This document shows, piece after piece, positions 8,634 through 17,960 of a DNA stretch of 64,000 nt. Position 1 is the stretch's first letter; each line of letters opens with the position of its first letter. The stretch covers positions 1-64,000 of the forward strand of contig CBDCQT010000010.1 of assembly GCA_965220745.1 (NCBI GenBank), written 5' to 3'. The translations under genes were made by a program, and so were the position numbers. A model generated the notes under the pieces. That model was given only the letters and a program-made list of their open reading frames with translations. It had not been told where the DNA came from and did no database searches. The stretch comes from Alphaproteobacteria bacterium. Its GTDB lineage: Bacteria > Pseudomonadota > Alphaproteobacteria > UBA828.

Positions 8634-9787
8634 TGCGTTCCTCCTTCGATGCCGAGCCCGCGCTTGGCGCGCGCCCGGTCGACGGCCTCGGCGGGGGTGA
8701 GCGACATGCCCCTCTCCGCCTCCGCCGCCATCAACGCGCGGGCCTCGGCAGCGATCCGCTCGCTGTCCTTGCCCGCATCCTCGTGAGTGCCCGCGAACGC
8801 CGACGCGCCCGGCACCGGGCCGCCCGCGAGCGTCCGGTAGTCCACGCGCCTGGGCAGGCCCTCGATGAACCGTTCCAGAATGGCGGCGGGCCGCATCCGC
8901 TCCTCGCCGCCGGAGGCCGACGCGAAGGCGATGGTGGCGTGTCCGCCTGCGGCGCCCTCGTCGTCGCTGGCCTGGCCGTCGCCGAGCGCGGCGAGCAGCG
9001 CGACAAGCGCCGCCCGTTCCGCAGGCAAGATTCGCCCCGCCTCCACATGGGGCGCGATCGCCGCCTCGGCCGCCCGCCGCCTGTCGTCGGCCGCTACTGC
9101 CGCCTCGCGCACGAGCAGCGCGGCCTCTCGTGCAGCCAGCGTGGCTTCGCGCTTGTTTGTTTCCCTCAGGCGCCGGGCGCTCGCTCCGCTCGCTTGGCTA
9201 CGCGCCTCACGGCGCGGCGCGCGGTCGCGCGCTCCGGGCTGCTCCACAGCCCGGCCCTCCTTGGCTGCCGTACTTGAGGTGGATTCGCGGACGTCTGCCT
9301 CGTTCTCTTCCGGCGCGGCAGCGCGGTGAGAGTCGGGGTGTGCTGCGGGTTGTTGGCCTGCCAATGCCACCTGGTCATCGTCGGAGAAGGCGATCACCGT
9401 CTCCGGTGCGGATGCGAAGCACGTCGGCGCGAGCCCCGGTACCGCTGGCGCACGGCCGCCGAGGAAGCCGAGATGGCGCAGCGTGTCGCCCTGGAGCGCG
9501 ATCGAGCGGCCGGCGTAGTGCCCGGCCTCGACCGCCTCGCGGAAGGCGGGTGCGATGTCGCGCAGCGTCGCCTGCAGCCGGTCGCCGACGCGGCGCAGAC
9601 CGTCGATCCAGGCGTAGGCTGGCGCGTCGGCTTCCGGGTGGCCCACGACGACGGGCGCAGGGTCGGCGGCGGCGTGCTCGGCGACGATGCGATCGAGGCG
9701 GGCCTCGTCGATCGCCACCTCGCGGCCGGCGATGTCGCGCCAAGTGCCGGCGCGGCAAATGTCAATCCAGCCGTCGAGGGCGCTCAT
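8630..9787 (-). CDS. Mu-like prohead protease I / scaffold
   Basis: WIDICRAGTW, APVVVGHP...APAYAWI, V.AG.Y..RSI and LRHLGFLG..PAVPGL motifs. Confidence 0.85.
   Translation of the reverse strand: MSALDGWIDICRAGTWRDIAGREVAIDEARLDRIVAEHAAADPAPVVVGHPEADAPAYAWIDGLRRVGDRLQATLRDIAPAFREAVEAGHYAGRSIALQGDTLRHLGFLGGRAPAVPGLAPTCFASAPETVIAFSDDDQVALAGQQPAAHPDSHRAAAPEENEADVRESTSSTAAKEGRAVEQPGARDRAPRREARSQASGASARRLRETNKREATLAAREAALLVREAAVAADDRRRAAEAAIAPHVEAGRILPAERAALVALLAALGDGQASDDEGAAGGHATIAFASASGGEERMRPAAILERFIEGLPRRVDYRTLAGGPVPGASAFAGTHEDAGKDSERIAAEARALMAAEAERGMSLTPAEAVDRARAKRGLGIEGGTQ
9153..9257 (-). repeat. Dispersed repeat, copy B, in frame within the protease gene
   Basis: Reverse complement matches copies A, C and D; translated as GRAVEQPGARDRAPRREARSQASGASARRLRETNK. 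Confidence 0.8.
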
Positions 9788-9912
9788 CGCGCGCCTCCAG
9801 TCGCGCCCAAGGCACGCGGGATTGAAAGAGTGTCGAAGGAGCGCGGGAGCGAGAGAGTGTCGCAGGTGCGCGGTTTCAGGACCCGGGGGTCAGAGGGTGA
9901 GTGCGCGTTCAT
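9784..9912 (-). CDS. Putative 42-aa leader peptide coupled to the protease gene
   Basis: ATG lies 7 nt after a -10-like CATTGT; its TGA overlaps the protease ATG; internal repeat CDTLSLPR/FDTLSIPR. Confidence 0.4.
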   Translation of the reverse strand: MNAHSPSDPRVLKPRTCDTLSLPRSFDTLSIPRALGATGGAR

Positions 9913-9919
9913 GGCGCGG

Positions 9920-9970
9920 ACAATGCCGCATGCCGGCGGCCCCGTGCACCGCACCATGGTCCGGGGTGTT
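9920..9970 (-). promoter_or_regulatory. Activator-dependent (Mu late PI-like) promoter: 25-bp dyad, 20-nt spacer, -10-like CATTGT
   Basis: gcaccgcaccatggtccggggtgtt (9946-9970) is identical to 39420-39444 with the same spacing to the -10 box. Confidence 0.6.
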
Positions 9971-10185
9971 AGATTCTTTTCCCCTCACTCGCAGAGCGCT
10001 CGAAACCGCCAGCCGCGCACGATTTAACGGTGGCCTTCCCAGACAAAAACAGCGCTGCCGTCGATCGTTGTAAGACGTGCGCAACCCGGCCTTTTTACCG
10101 AGCGCGAGGCGAGATTGAAACGCTTCGAGTCGCTCCGTTCTCCAGGCTGGCGGCCCCCTGTAAAACGGGCCTCGCCTGTGACCTT

Positions 10186-10476
10186 CTACGTCCTCACAGG
10201 CTCGACAATAACGCGATTACGCCCGCGCCGAATCAAGTAGCCACCTCGCGGAATTGCCAGCGTACCGTCCCGGACAAGCGGCCAGAGTGTATCGACAATC
10301 AATTCGGCGTCGAGATCCCTTTCGATCACCACTGGCTTCGGCTGTGTGGCCAACCATGCGGCAAACGCACGCTCACCGATCTCGTCACCCACAGATCTGC
10401 GCAGCGTTTCGAGCTTGCGAAGCTGCCCTTTTGTCAACGTGCTCTCGTCGATCTTGGTGAAAGATCGTCTGGCCAT
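10186..10476 (-). CDS. Small hypothetical protein
   Basis: 96-aa ORF with a GGAG RBS and an AT-rich upstream region. Confidence 0.6.
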   Translation of the reverse strand: MARRSFTKIDESTLTKGQLRKLETLRRSVGDEIGERAFAAWLATQPKPVVIERDLDAELIVDTLWPLVRDGTLAIPRGGYLIRRGRNRVIVEPVRT

Positions 10477-10706
10477 AAATTTATCTCCGTGAAACCGGCG
10501 GATTGTATGTGCTCGTCATATATCAAAAAATATGCACGATTGAAAATACCCCGTTTGGTTGATATTACCAAAAAGTATACCTGTGGATTTAGGAGGCATA
10601 CAGCAAGACGAATTGCTGAGCAACTCACCGAAATTACGGAGGAATTTAGGTCATCAATGCGGTGACCTCACCTCAACTTCAATAACATATAGTGATTAAT
10701 ATAACC

Positions 10707-11492
10707 TTATTGTGCGGTCCAACCTCCATCAATTAACAGACTCGCGCCCGTAATCAGGCTAGCAGCGTCACTCGCCAGAAACACAACTGCCCCCATCACG
10801 TCGGAAATCTCGCCGAGTCGACCCAGCGCAATACGGTTCAGCGTGTCTTCCTTGAACGCCGGATCTTCGAGGAACGGACGAGTCATCGGGGTCGAAATAA
10901 AGGTTGGACCAATGGCATTAACCCGGATGTTATATGGCGCCAAATCCATCGCCATCGCCTTGGTCATGCCCTCGATGGCATGCTTGGTGGCGCAGTAGAC
11001 CGTGCGCCGCGGCCCGCCGACATGGCCCATCTGGGAGGACATGTTGATGATGACACCGCCCCGATTCGCGGCGACCATCTCTCGCGCGACCGCCTGGGCG
11101 CAGAAATAGGCGCCGCGCACGTTAATCCCCATCACGGCGTCGAAATCTTCCACCGTCACGTCGAGCAGCGGCGCCGGGCGGTTGCCGCCGGCGTTGTTGA
11201 CGAGAATATCGACCGGCCCGAGCGCCGTGAGCGCTTCCGCTGCCCGCTCAACGTCGGCGATGTCGAGCGCGAGCGTCTCCGTCCTCCCGGCCGTAACCGC
11301 GATTTCGTCCGCCACTCGCTCCAGCGCGTCTTGGCCCCGCGCCGCGAGCACGACGCAGGCACCAGCCTCGGCGAGTGCGGCGGCGCAGGCGCGGCCGAGG
11401 CCGCGGCTCGCCCCGGTGACCAGCGCCCGCCTGCCGTCGAGCCGGAACGACGGCGTCGTCGGCAGCGCGTCGTCTGCTGCGGAATCAGGCAA
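10707..11492 (-). CDS. SDR oxidoreductase (HpsO-like by context)
   Basis: [12 protein letters not shown] and YCATK motifs; overlaps the HisD-like gene. Confidence 0.9.
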   Translation of the reverse strand: MPDSAADDALPTTPSFRLDGRRALVTGASRGLGRACAAALAEAGACVVLAARGQDALERVADEIAVTAGRTETLALDIADVERAAEALTALGPVDILVNNAGGNRPAPLLDVTVEDFDAVMGINVRGAYFCAQAVAREMVAANRGGVIINMSSQMGHVGGPRRTVYCATKHAIEGMTKAMAMDLAPYNIRVNAIGPTFISTPMTRPFLEDPAFKEDTLNRIALGRLGEISDVMGAVVFLASDAASLITGASLLIDGGWTAQ

Positions 11493-12774
11493 TGTTTATG
11501 CCGCCGTAACGGCGCACGCGGATGTCCGCCTGCTCCTTGTGCCCAGCAAAGCCTTCCAGTGCGCAGAGGCGCGAGCAGTACTCCCCAACAATGGTCGAGG
11601 CCTCGTCGGTCAGAACACGCTGGTAGGTGCAGGTCTTGAGGAACTTGCCGACCCAGAGGCCACCGGTGTAGCGCGCGGCCTTGCGTGTCGGCAAGGTGTG
11701 GTTGGTGCCGATCACCTTGTCGCCGTAGGAGACGTTGGTGCGCGGGCCCAGGAAGAGCGCGCCGTAGTTGGTCATGCGCTCGAGGAACCAGTCGGCGTCC
11801 TCGGTCATCACTTGAACGTGCTCGGCGGCGATCTCGTCCGCCACCGCCACCATCTCGTCCAACGTGTCACAGACGATCACCTGGCCGTAGTCGCGCCACG
11901 CCTGGCCCGCGATCTCTGCGGTCGGCAGGATGGTGAGCTGACGCTCGACCTCGGTCATGGTCTGACGGGCGAGGGTTTCGGAGTTGGTCAGCAGGGTTGC
12001 CGGTGAGGTCGGCCCGTGCTCCGCCTGGCCCAGGAGGTCGGCGGCGCAGAGCTCGCCGTCCACGGTTTCGTCGGCGATCACCAGGGTCTCGGTGGGCCCG
12101 GCCAGCAGGTCGATACCCACGCGACCGAAGAGCTGGCGCTTGGCCTCCGCCACGAAGGCGTTGCCGGGGCCCACCAGCATGTCCACCTGTTCGATGCTGC
12201 CGGTCCCGAGCGCCATGGCGCCCACCGCCTGAATGCCGCCCAGCACGTAGATCTCGTCGGCGCCCGCGAGGTGCTGGGCTGCGACGATTGCCGGCGCGGG
12301 GCTGCCCTCGAACGGCGGGGCACAGGTCGCGATGCGCTCGACACCCGCCACCTTTGCCGTCACCACCGACATATGGGCGGACGCCACCATGGGGTACTTG
12401 CCGCCCGGCACGTAGCAGCCGACCGCGTTCACCGGGATGTTCCTGTGACCCAGCACCACGCCCGGCAGGGTCTCGACCTCGACATCCTGCAACGCGCCGC
12501 GCTGGGCCTGCGCGAAATTGCGAATCTGCTCCTGGGCGAAGAGGATGTCCTCGCGGTCCTGGCCTGGCAGCCGGTCCAGGCAGGCTTCGATCTCCGCCTC
12601 GCTGAGCCGGAAGTCCTCGCGCTCCCAGCGATCGAACTTGATCGACATCTCGCGCACGGCCGCATCGCCCCGCTTCGCGATGTCGTTCAACGCGTCTTCC
12701 ACGACGCGGCGGACCTTCTCGTCGGCCTCCGCCGCCTCGGCATCGCTGATTCCGGTCTTTAGGTATCGAGGCAT
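11485..12774 (-). CDS. hpsN: Histidinol dehydrogenase-family protein, probably sulfopropanediol 3-dehydrogenase
   Basis: [29 protein letters not shown] and [15 protein letters not shown] (HpsN-type rather than HisD GDY); not in a his operon. Confidence 0.65.
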   Translation of the reverse strand: MPRYLKTGISDAEAAEADEKVRRVVEDALNDIAKRGDAAVREMSIKFDRWEREDFRLSEAEIEACLDRLPGQDREDILFAQEQIRNFAQAQRGALQDVEVETLPGVVLGHRNIPVNAVGCYVPGGKYPMVASAHMSVVTAKVAGVERIATCAPPFEGSPAPAIVAAQHLAGADEIYVLGGIQAVGAMALGTGSIEQVDMLVGPGNAFVAEAKRQLFGRVGIDLLAGPTETLVIADETVDGELCAADLLGQAEHGPTSPATLLTNSETLARQTMTEVERQLTILPTAEIAGQAWRDYGQVIVCDTLDEMVAVADEIAAEHVQVMTEDADWFLERMTNYGALFLGPRTNVSYGDKVIGTNHTLPTRKAARYTGGLWVGKFLKTCTYQRVLTDEASTIVGEYCSRLCALEGFAGHKEQADIRVRRYGGINIA

Positions 12775-12844
12775 CGGCGTTCCTGCTTTCTATTGCGCGC
12801 GTTACCGCGCGAGAGCGCGTGCGCAGCCGCATTGCGCCCTGGAT

Positions 12845-13129
12845 TCAGGTTTCGACGGTGACGCCCCGCCAGAAGGCGACATGGTCGCGGATATTCTCGG
12901 CCGCCGGCTTGGGATCGGGGTAATACCACGCAGCATCGGCGTTTCGCGCGCCGTCGACTTCGACCGTGTAGTAGTGGGCCGTGCCCTTCCAGCCGCAGAC
13001 GGTGGTCGTCTCGCTCGGCGTGAGGAACGCGCGGTTCACGGCCTCCGCCGGGAAGTAGACGTTGCCCTCCACGCTCTCCCACGTCTCGGACTCTGCGATG
13101 ACCTGCCCTTGCCAGAGTGCGCGCGCCAT
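12845..13129 (-). CDS. DUF427 protein
   Basis: VEGNVYFP, CGWKGTAHYY, AAWYYPDPK and VAFWRGV motifs. Confidence 0.9.
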   Translation of the reverse strand: MARALWQGQVIAESETWESVEGNVYFPAEAVNRAFLTPSETTTVCGWKGTAHYYTVEVDGARNADAAWYYPDPKPAAENIRDHVAFWRGVTVET

Positions 13130-13156
13130 ATCCGCTCCCCTCGTGCCGCTCGTCGC

Positions 13157-13594
13157 CTAAGCCTGCGGCACCCACTTGATGATGTGCTGCGCCACGGCAA
13201 CGGTCTCGCCGCGTTGGTTGACCACCTCGATGTCGGATAGCGCGCGGCGGCGCTCCTCGTCGACCTCGGAGACTGTATAAGTCACGCTCACCGTATCGTT
13301 GATGTAGACCGGGGCGGTGAAGCGGATGCGATCATAGCCGAGCGAAACGGGGGTCTCCTCGCTTCCCCGCTCATCGCACCGGGCGATCATCATGGTGGAC
13401 GTCGTCGACATGAACCCGACCAGCAGCGCCCCGTGGGCGATCCGGTGCCCGTAGGACGTCTCGGACATGTACTGCTCGTTCACGTGCAGGCCGTTGAGGT
13501 CACCGGTGATGCCCGCAAAGAGGTACACGTCGCTTTCGCCGACGGTCTTGGAAAACGTGACCCGCTCGCCGACGCTCACGTGGAAGTCGGACAT
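13157..13594 (-). CDS. MaoC-family dehydratase
   Basis: FAGITGDLNGLH, RIAHGALL and RFTAPVYINDT motifs. Confidence 0.9.
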   Translation of the reverse strand: MSDFHVSVGERVTFSKTVGESDVYLFAGITGDLNGLHVNEQYMSETSYGHRIAHGALLVGFMSTTSTMMIARCDERGSEETPVSLGYDRIRFTAPVYINDTVSVTYTVSEVDEERRRALSDIEVVNQRGETVAVAQHIIKWVPQA

Positions 13595-13662
13595 CCCTCG
13601 CTCCGAGATCGATCAGCCGGTCTTCGCGCGGGCGGCGCTGGTGCCTGTCCAGGCAGGGACCG

Positions 13663-14259
13663 TCAATAGCCGGCGGGCTGGCCCCAGCGGTCGGCGAAAA
13701 TGTACTCGTTGAAGGGGCGCCGCGTGCGCTCGCCCAACTCCATCTCGCGGAGGTCGTCGGGGAGGGTATCCGGGTCACCGGGATAGCCGACGGCGATCCC
13801 GGTCACGGGGTCGTAGCCCTCCGGCACGCCATAGACCTCCCGGATCTTGTCCGCCTCGATGCCGGCCATCTGATGGGTCGCGTAGCCGAGCTCCGTGGCC
13901 TGCAGGACGAGTTGGCAGGCGGCGAGGCCGATGTCGTGGACGCAGCAGCTGTTGGGCGAATTGTTGTGGTCGAAGGTGCGCTTGGTCACGGTGAGGATGA
14001 GCAGCGACGCGTTCCGCGCCCAGACCTGGTTGCCGGGCACTAAGCAGTCCAGTAGCTGCGCGAACCGTTCCTCCTGGTCCCTGGTCGCGACCAGGAAGTG
14101 CCAGGGTTGTTGGTTGAAGCTCGACGCTGCCCAGCGCGCGGCCTCCAGCAGTATGAGGATGTCCGCGCGGGGCATGGGACGCGGGTCGAACGCGCGCGGG
14201 CTCCAGCGTCGCTTCATTGCCTCGTTGATCGGGTGTTCGGCCAGCGCCGGCTTCTCCAT
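13663..14259 (-). CDS. Nitroreductase family protein
   Basis: RRWSPRAF, AARWAASSFNQQPWHF and HQMAG motifs. Confidence 0.9.
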   Translation of the reverse strand: MEKPALAEHPINEAMKRRWSPRAFDPRPMPRADILILLEAARWAASSFNQQPWHFLVATRDQEERFAQLLDCLVPGNQVWARNASLLILTVTKRTFDHNNSPNSCCVHDIGLAACQLVLQATELGYATHQMAGIEADKIREVYGVPEGYDPVTGIAVGYPGDPDTLPDDLREMELGERTRRPFNEYIFADRWGQPAGY

Positions 14260-14286
14260 GTCCTTACTCTCCCGCGTCGATAACGA

Positions 14287-15687
14287 TCATTCGTCCGACC
14301 ACAGCCACCCTCCGGGGCTCCCGCGCACGCTCCGATAATGCTCTTCAGGGTCGTACAAGTCGACCGGAAGCCCAAGCTGCCGTGCGGTCAGCGCGCCAAT
14401 CGCCGACCTTACCTGATAGGCGGCGACGATCTCTTCCCGCTTCGCCCGGACCAGGTTGATCTGCGCCCTGAAGTGCTCCTGTTCGGCGTCCAGAACATCG
14501 AGCGTGGTGCGCAAGCCGACCTGCGTCTCCTGCTCGACGCCGTCCAGCGCGACGGCCGCCGCGGCCACCTGCGATTCGAATGCGGCGATCTGCGCCCGCG
14601 CCGACGTGAGCGCTCTCCAGGCCTGGGCGACCTGCTCCTGCACCGTGCGCCGGGACTGATCGAGCTCGAGCAGCCGCTGCGCCGCGATCTGCTTCGACTG
14701 GCGGATGCGTGCGCTCGCTGCGCCACCCTGATAGAGCGGCACACGCACGCTGGCCCTGATCGAGGCATCGGTGGTCTGCTCGATGAGGTCCGAGGTGTCG
14801 AAGCGCTGGCGCACATCGCCGACGATGGAAACCTGCGGCCTGAGCGCCGCAGCGGCCGTCTCGATATCCGACTGCGCCGCTTGCGCGATGTACGAGGCCG
14901 CCCGGATCGACGGGTTGGCGTCGTTTGCGGCTGTCAGGGCATCTTCCTCCGTCTCCGGCAGGCCCATGGGAACCGGCGGCCAGGAGAGCGTGCCCGGCGG
15001 CCGGCCGGTCACCTGCTGGTACATGGCGCGAGCGGACATCATGCCGCCCTCGGCCGCCACACGCTCCGCGCCCGCCTGCGCCAGCCGGGCCTCGGCCTGC
15101 GCCACATCGGTGCGCGTCACCTCGCCGACCTCGAGCCGGTCCCTCGCTGCCTGGAGCTGACGGCCCACCACCCGCTCGCTGCTGCGGCTGAGCTCGATCT
15201 CGGCGTCGTAGCGGAGCACATCCATGTAGGCGATCACCGTGCTGAACAGGATCGACTGCTCGACCGCTTGAAGCTGCGCCCGGCCTGCGTTGACCTGGTT
15301 CTCGGCCGAATCGATCTGGGCGGAAACCCGCCCGCCCTGATAGAGGGGGGCCGTCGCCGTAAGCCCGACACCGTGGGGGGCAACGCTATGGCTGCCGGCG
15401 TTGGGAACCATGCCGTCTGTCTTGCTGTACGAGGCACCGAGGTCGCCGGCGAGCTCCACCGTGGGTTGCCAGCCGGCCAGCGCCGCAGGCACCTCCTCAT
15501 CCACCGCCCGGAGCCGGGCACGCTCGGCCTGCAGGGTCGGGTTGTTCTGGTAGGCGAGGACGAGCGCCTCCTCCAGGGTCTGCGCGACGGCGCCGTGGGT
15601 AAACGCCGACGCGACGGCGAAGAGTGTGCCTACCAATGCGCCAAGCGCGATTCTTTCGATCGAGGAGTGCCGTCGAGTGTGGGTCAT
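14287..15687 (-). CDS. tolC: TolC family outer membrane protein
   Basis: Signal peptide; AYQNNPTL, GEVTRTDVAQAEARL and GLRTTLDVLDAEQE; downstream of pcm. Confidence 0.9.
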   Translation of the reverse strand: MTHTRRHSSIERIALGALVGTLFAVASAFTHGAVAQTLEEALVLAYQNNPTLQAERARLRAVDEEVPAALAGWQPTVELAGDLGASYSKTDGMVPNAGSHSVAPHGVGLTATAPLYQGGRVSAQIDSAENQVNAGRAQLQAVEQSILFSTVIAYMDVLRYDAEIELSRSSERVVGRQLQAARDRLEVGEVTRTDVAQAEARLAQAGAERVAAEGGMMSARAMYQQVTGRPPGTLSWPPVPMGLPETEEDALTAANDANPSIRAASYIAQAAQSDIETAAAALRPQVSIVGDVRQRFDTSDLIEQTTDASIRASVRVPLYQGGAASARIRQSKQIAAQRLLELDQSRRTVQEQVAQAWRALTSARAQIAAFESQVAAAAVALDGVEQETQVGLRTTLDVLDAEQEHFRAQINLVRAKREEIVAAYQVRSAIGALTARQLGLPVDLYDPEEHYRSVRGSPGGWLWSDE

Positions 15688-15699
15688 GGGCCGCTCCTT

Positions 15700-16029
15700 T
15701 CAATACGTCGGCATGGCGGGGTCTACCGTGCGCGACCACGCGTCGATGCCGCCGTCCAGATTGACCGCATTGTCGTAACCGCGCCTGTGGAGCCAGGCGG
15801 TGACCTGGGCGCTGCGCTGGCCGTGGTGGCAGAGCACCACCAGCGGGCGGTCCGCTGGCAGAGCGTCGAGCCGGTCGGGCAGCGCGTTCATGGGGATGGT
15901 CAGCGCCTCCGGCAGCGCGCCGAGCGCCACCTCCCAGGGCTCCCGCACGTCGAGCAGCGCGTAAGGCCCCTCGCCCGCCCGCAGCGTCGCGAATTCCCCG
16001 ACCGAGAGCGCGGGCACGTCACCGTCCAC
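15700..16029 (-). CDS. Rhodanese-like protein
   Basis: LLDVREPWE, CHHGQRS and NLDGGIDAW motifs. Confidence 0.9.
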   Translation of the reverse strand: MDGDVPALSVGEFATLRAGEGPYALLDVREPWEVALGALPEALTIPMNALPDRLDALPADRPLVVLCHHGQRSAQVTAWLHRRGYDNAVNLDGGIDAWSRTVDPAMPTY

Positions 16030-16032
16030 GAT

Positions 16033-16689
16033 CTAGAACTCGAAGCTTATGGGCCGGGCGATACCGGGAAGCGACGGAAGCGTCGCCTCGAACAGGCTGC
16101 GGCTTGAGAGCGCACCCCGGTGCCGCGCCCAGAGAGTTGCCTGCCCCAACCCGCCGGGCTCGCGCAAGACGCCCACGATCCTGCCCGCCTCGGCCAATTG
16201 ATCCGCAAGCGCCTGCGGCAGGTGATCCATCGCGCCACCCACCAGGATCACGTCGTAAGGCGCCTGTTGGTCGTAACCCTCGGCGAGCGGGCCGGTCACC
16301 ACGATCGCGTTGTCGGCACCGACGGCGCTCAATGCATTCTCGGCCTCGGCAGCAAGAGCCTCGTCGACATCCAAAGCGATGACGGTGGCGGCGAGGCGGG
16401 CCATGACCGCCGACGCGTAGCCCGTGCCGCAACCGACATCGAGGACCATGTCGTTCGCCGTTATATCGGCTTCCTGCAACAGGCGCGCGAGCACCATGGG
16501 CTCCATCAGGTAACGACCGGACGCGATTTCGACGTCCTCATCCACGTAGGCGACGCCCCGCTTGGCGTGCGGAACAAAGCGCTCGCGCGGGATTTCCGCC
16601 ATCGCATCGATCAGCCGCTCGTCGGTGACGCGGTTGGTCATGATTTGGCCCGTCACCATATTGCGGCGCGCGGCGGCGTGGTCGATCAT
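16033..16689 (-). CDS. pcm: Protein-L-isoaspartate O-methyltransferase
   Basis: ARRNMV..QI, PRERFVP, VLDVGCGTGY and APYDVI motifs. Confidence 0.9.
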   Translation of the reverse strand: MIDHAAARRNMVTGQIMTNRVTDERLIDAMAEIPRERFVPHAKRGVAYVDEDVEIASGRYLMEPMVLARLLQEADITANDMVLDVGCGTGYASAVMARLAATVIALDVDEALAAEAENALSAVGADNAIVVTGPLAEGYDQQAPYDVILVGGAMDHLPQALADQLAEAGRIVGVLREPGGLGQATLWARHRGALSSRSLFEATLPSLPGIARPISFEF

Positions 16690-16965
16690 CTGAGGAAAAA
16701 TCCTTTAGGGGCAGGCGTTTCTGCTTCATTCTAGTGCGGACGACGCATGAATGGCAACGAGGCCGCTCGCACCGCACAATGAATCACTGATGGCGGCATG
16801 TTTCGGCCGCCATTAATACTTACAACATATTGCCTCTATGCTCTAAAACGTCTCTATATATTGGGGTATTTGTGCGCTATCAGGGGATCGTCCACGGGAA
16901 ATACTGAGGCAAAACAGGGAACCAAGCCTCACAGCGAAGACGGGTGCGAAGCTCCGACTCGCCTC

Positions 16966-17949
16966 TCACCGCCGGCGGGATCGGCGCTTCGGTTTCGGCT
17001 TCGGCGGCGGCCCGGAGGGACCCGCCACCAGATGTCCCCGCTCGTTGAACAGGTAGCAGTGCTCTGGCGGATAGCCCGCCGTCTCGCCCTCGCGGTCGAT
17101 GTGCTCCGGCCAGATGGCCAGCGTGGCGCGCTCGCCGGCGGCCGCCTCAACGCTCTCGCAGGGGAGCGTGAGGACGGTCCCGTCCTTGAGGCTGACCGTG
17201 ACCGCGTCTATCTCCGTTTCCTCCACGCGCGCGGCGCGGAGCCTCGCGCCGAAGAGCTTTGCCACCCTGCGCGAGGCCGGCCATTTGACGATCCTCTCAG
17301 GACTCCCCATCTGCAGTCTACGTCCTTCGTGGAGGACGACGACCCAATCTGCGAGATCCTGCGCCTCCTCGGCGGTCCCGGCGGCATAGACCACGGTGCG
17401 ACCGAACTCGTCCCTGAGCCGCCGCATCTCGGAGATGGCGAGCTCGCGGATGTCCGGCTCCTCCTCCGTCGGCAGCTCGAAAAGGTAAACCCCGGGGTCG
17501 CGCACCAGCGCGCGGGCGAGACCGACCTGGTAGCACTGAACGTCGGTGAGCTTCTTGGGGCGCTGCGCGAGTATGTCGGTGATTCCGAAGTGTTCGCCCA
17601 CGGCGAGCACGCGGGCCTCGATGGTCTCGCGGTCGAAGCGGGCGATCCTGAGCGGATAGGCGATGTTCTCGAGGGCTGTCTTGTGGGGCATCAGCGCCGC
17701 CGAGCGGAAGACCGTTGCCGCCTCGCGAATTCCCTCCCGCTGCCCGAGCACCTCCTCCCCGTCGATCAGGATGGAACCGCCCTGCGGCTTCTCGATCCCG
17801 GCGATGACCTTGAGTGCCGTGAGACGGCCCGACTCCTCATCGCCCAGGATCGCGGTAATGCGGGCCGACGGCGCCTTCATGCTCAGTTCGTCGAGAATGA
17901 CGCGCCGGTGATGCCAGCGATCGACTTTACGCAGTTCAAGCTCGGCCAT
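16966..17949 (-). CDS. MalK/PotA-like ABC ATP-binding protein with degenerate catalytic motifs
   Basis: True start MAELELRKV at 17949; ALMPHKTALENIAYPL and LARALVRDP; Walker A is GDEESGRL. Confidence 0.75.
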   Translation of the reverse strand: MAELELRKVDRWHHRRVILDELSMKAPSARITAILGDEESGRLTALKVIAGIEKPQGGSILIDGEEVLGQREGIREAATVFRSAALMPHKTALENIAYPLRIARFDRETIEARVLAVGEHFGITDILAQRPKKLTDVQCYQVGLARALVRDPGVYLFELPTEEEPDIRELAISEMRRLRDEFGRTVVYAAGTAEEAQDLADWVVVLHEGRRLQMGSPERIVKWPASRRVAKLFGARLRAARVEETEIDAVTVSLKDGTVLTLPCESVEAAAGERATLAIWPEHIDREGETAGYPPEHCYLFNERGHLVAGPSGPPPKPKPKRRSRRR

Positions 17950-17960
17950 TGCTCGCCCCG

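Larger units (their letters stand above)
1..9970 (-). mobile_element. Mu-like prophage-derived virion structural operon (head plus siphovirus-type tail); defective prophage or GTA-like cluster; continues past the left edge
   Basis: Co-oriented, closely spaced or overlapping genes in Mu-like order: protease, cement, capsid, gp36, gpG, gp37, tail tube, chaperone, tape measure, Dit, DUF1833. Confidence 0.85.

Noticed and set aside
16700-16960. AT-rich intergenic patch upstream of pcm, checked for a tRNA
   Set aside because: No cloverleaf or TTCGA/CCA pattern found; probably promoter DNA
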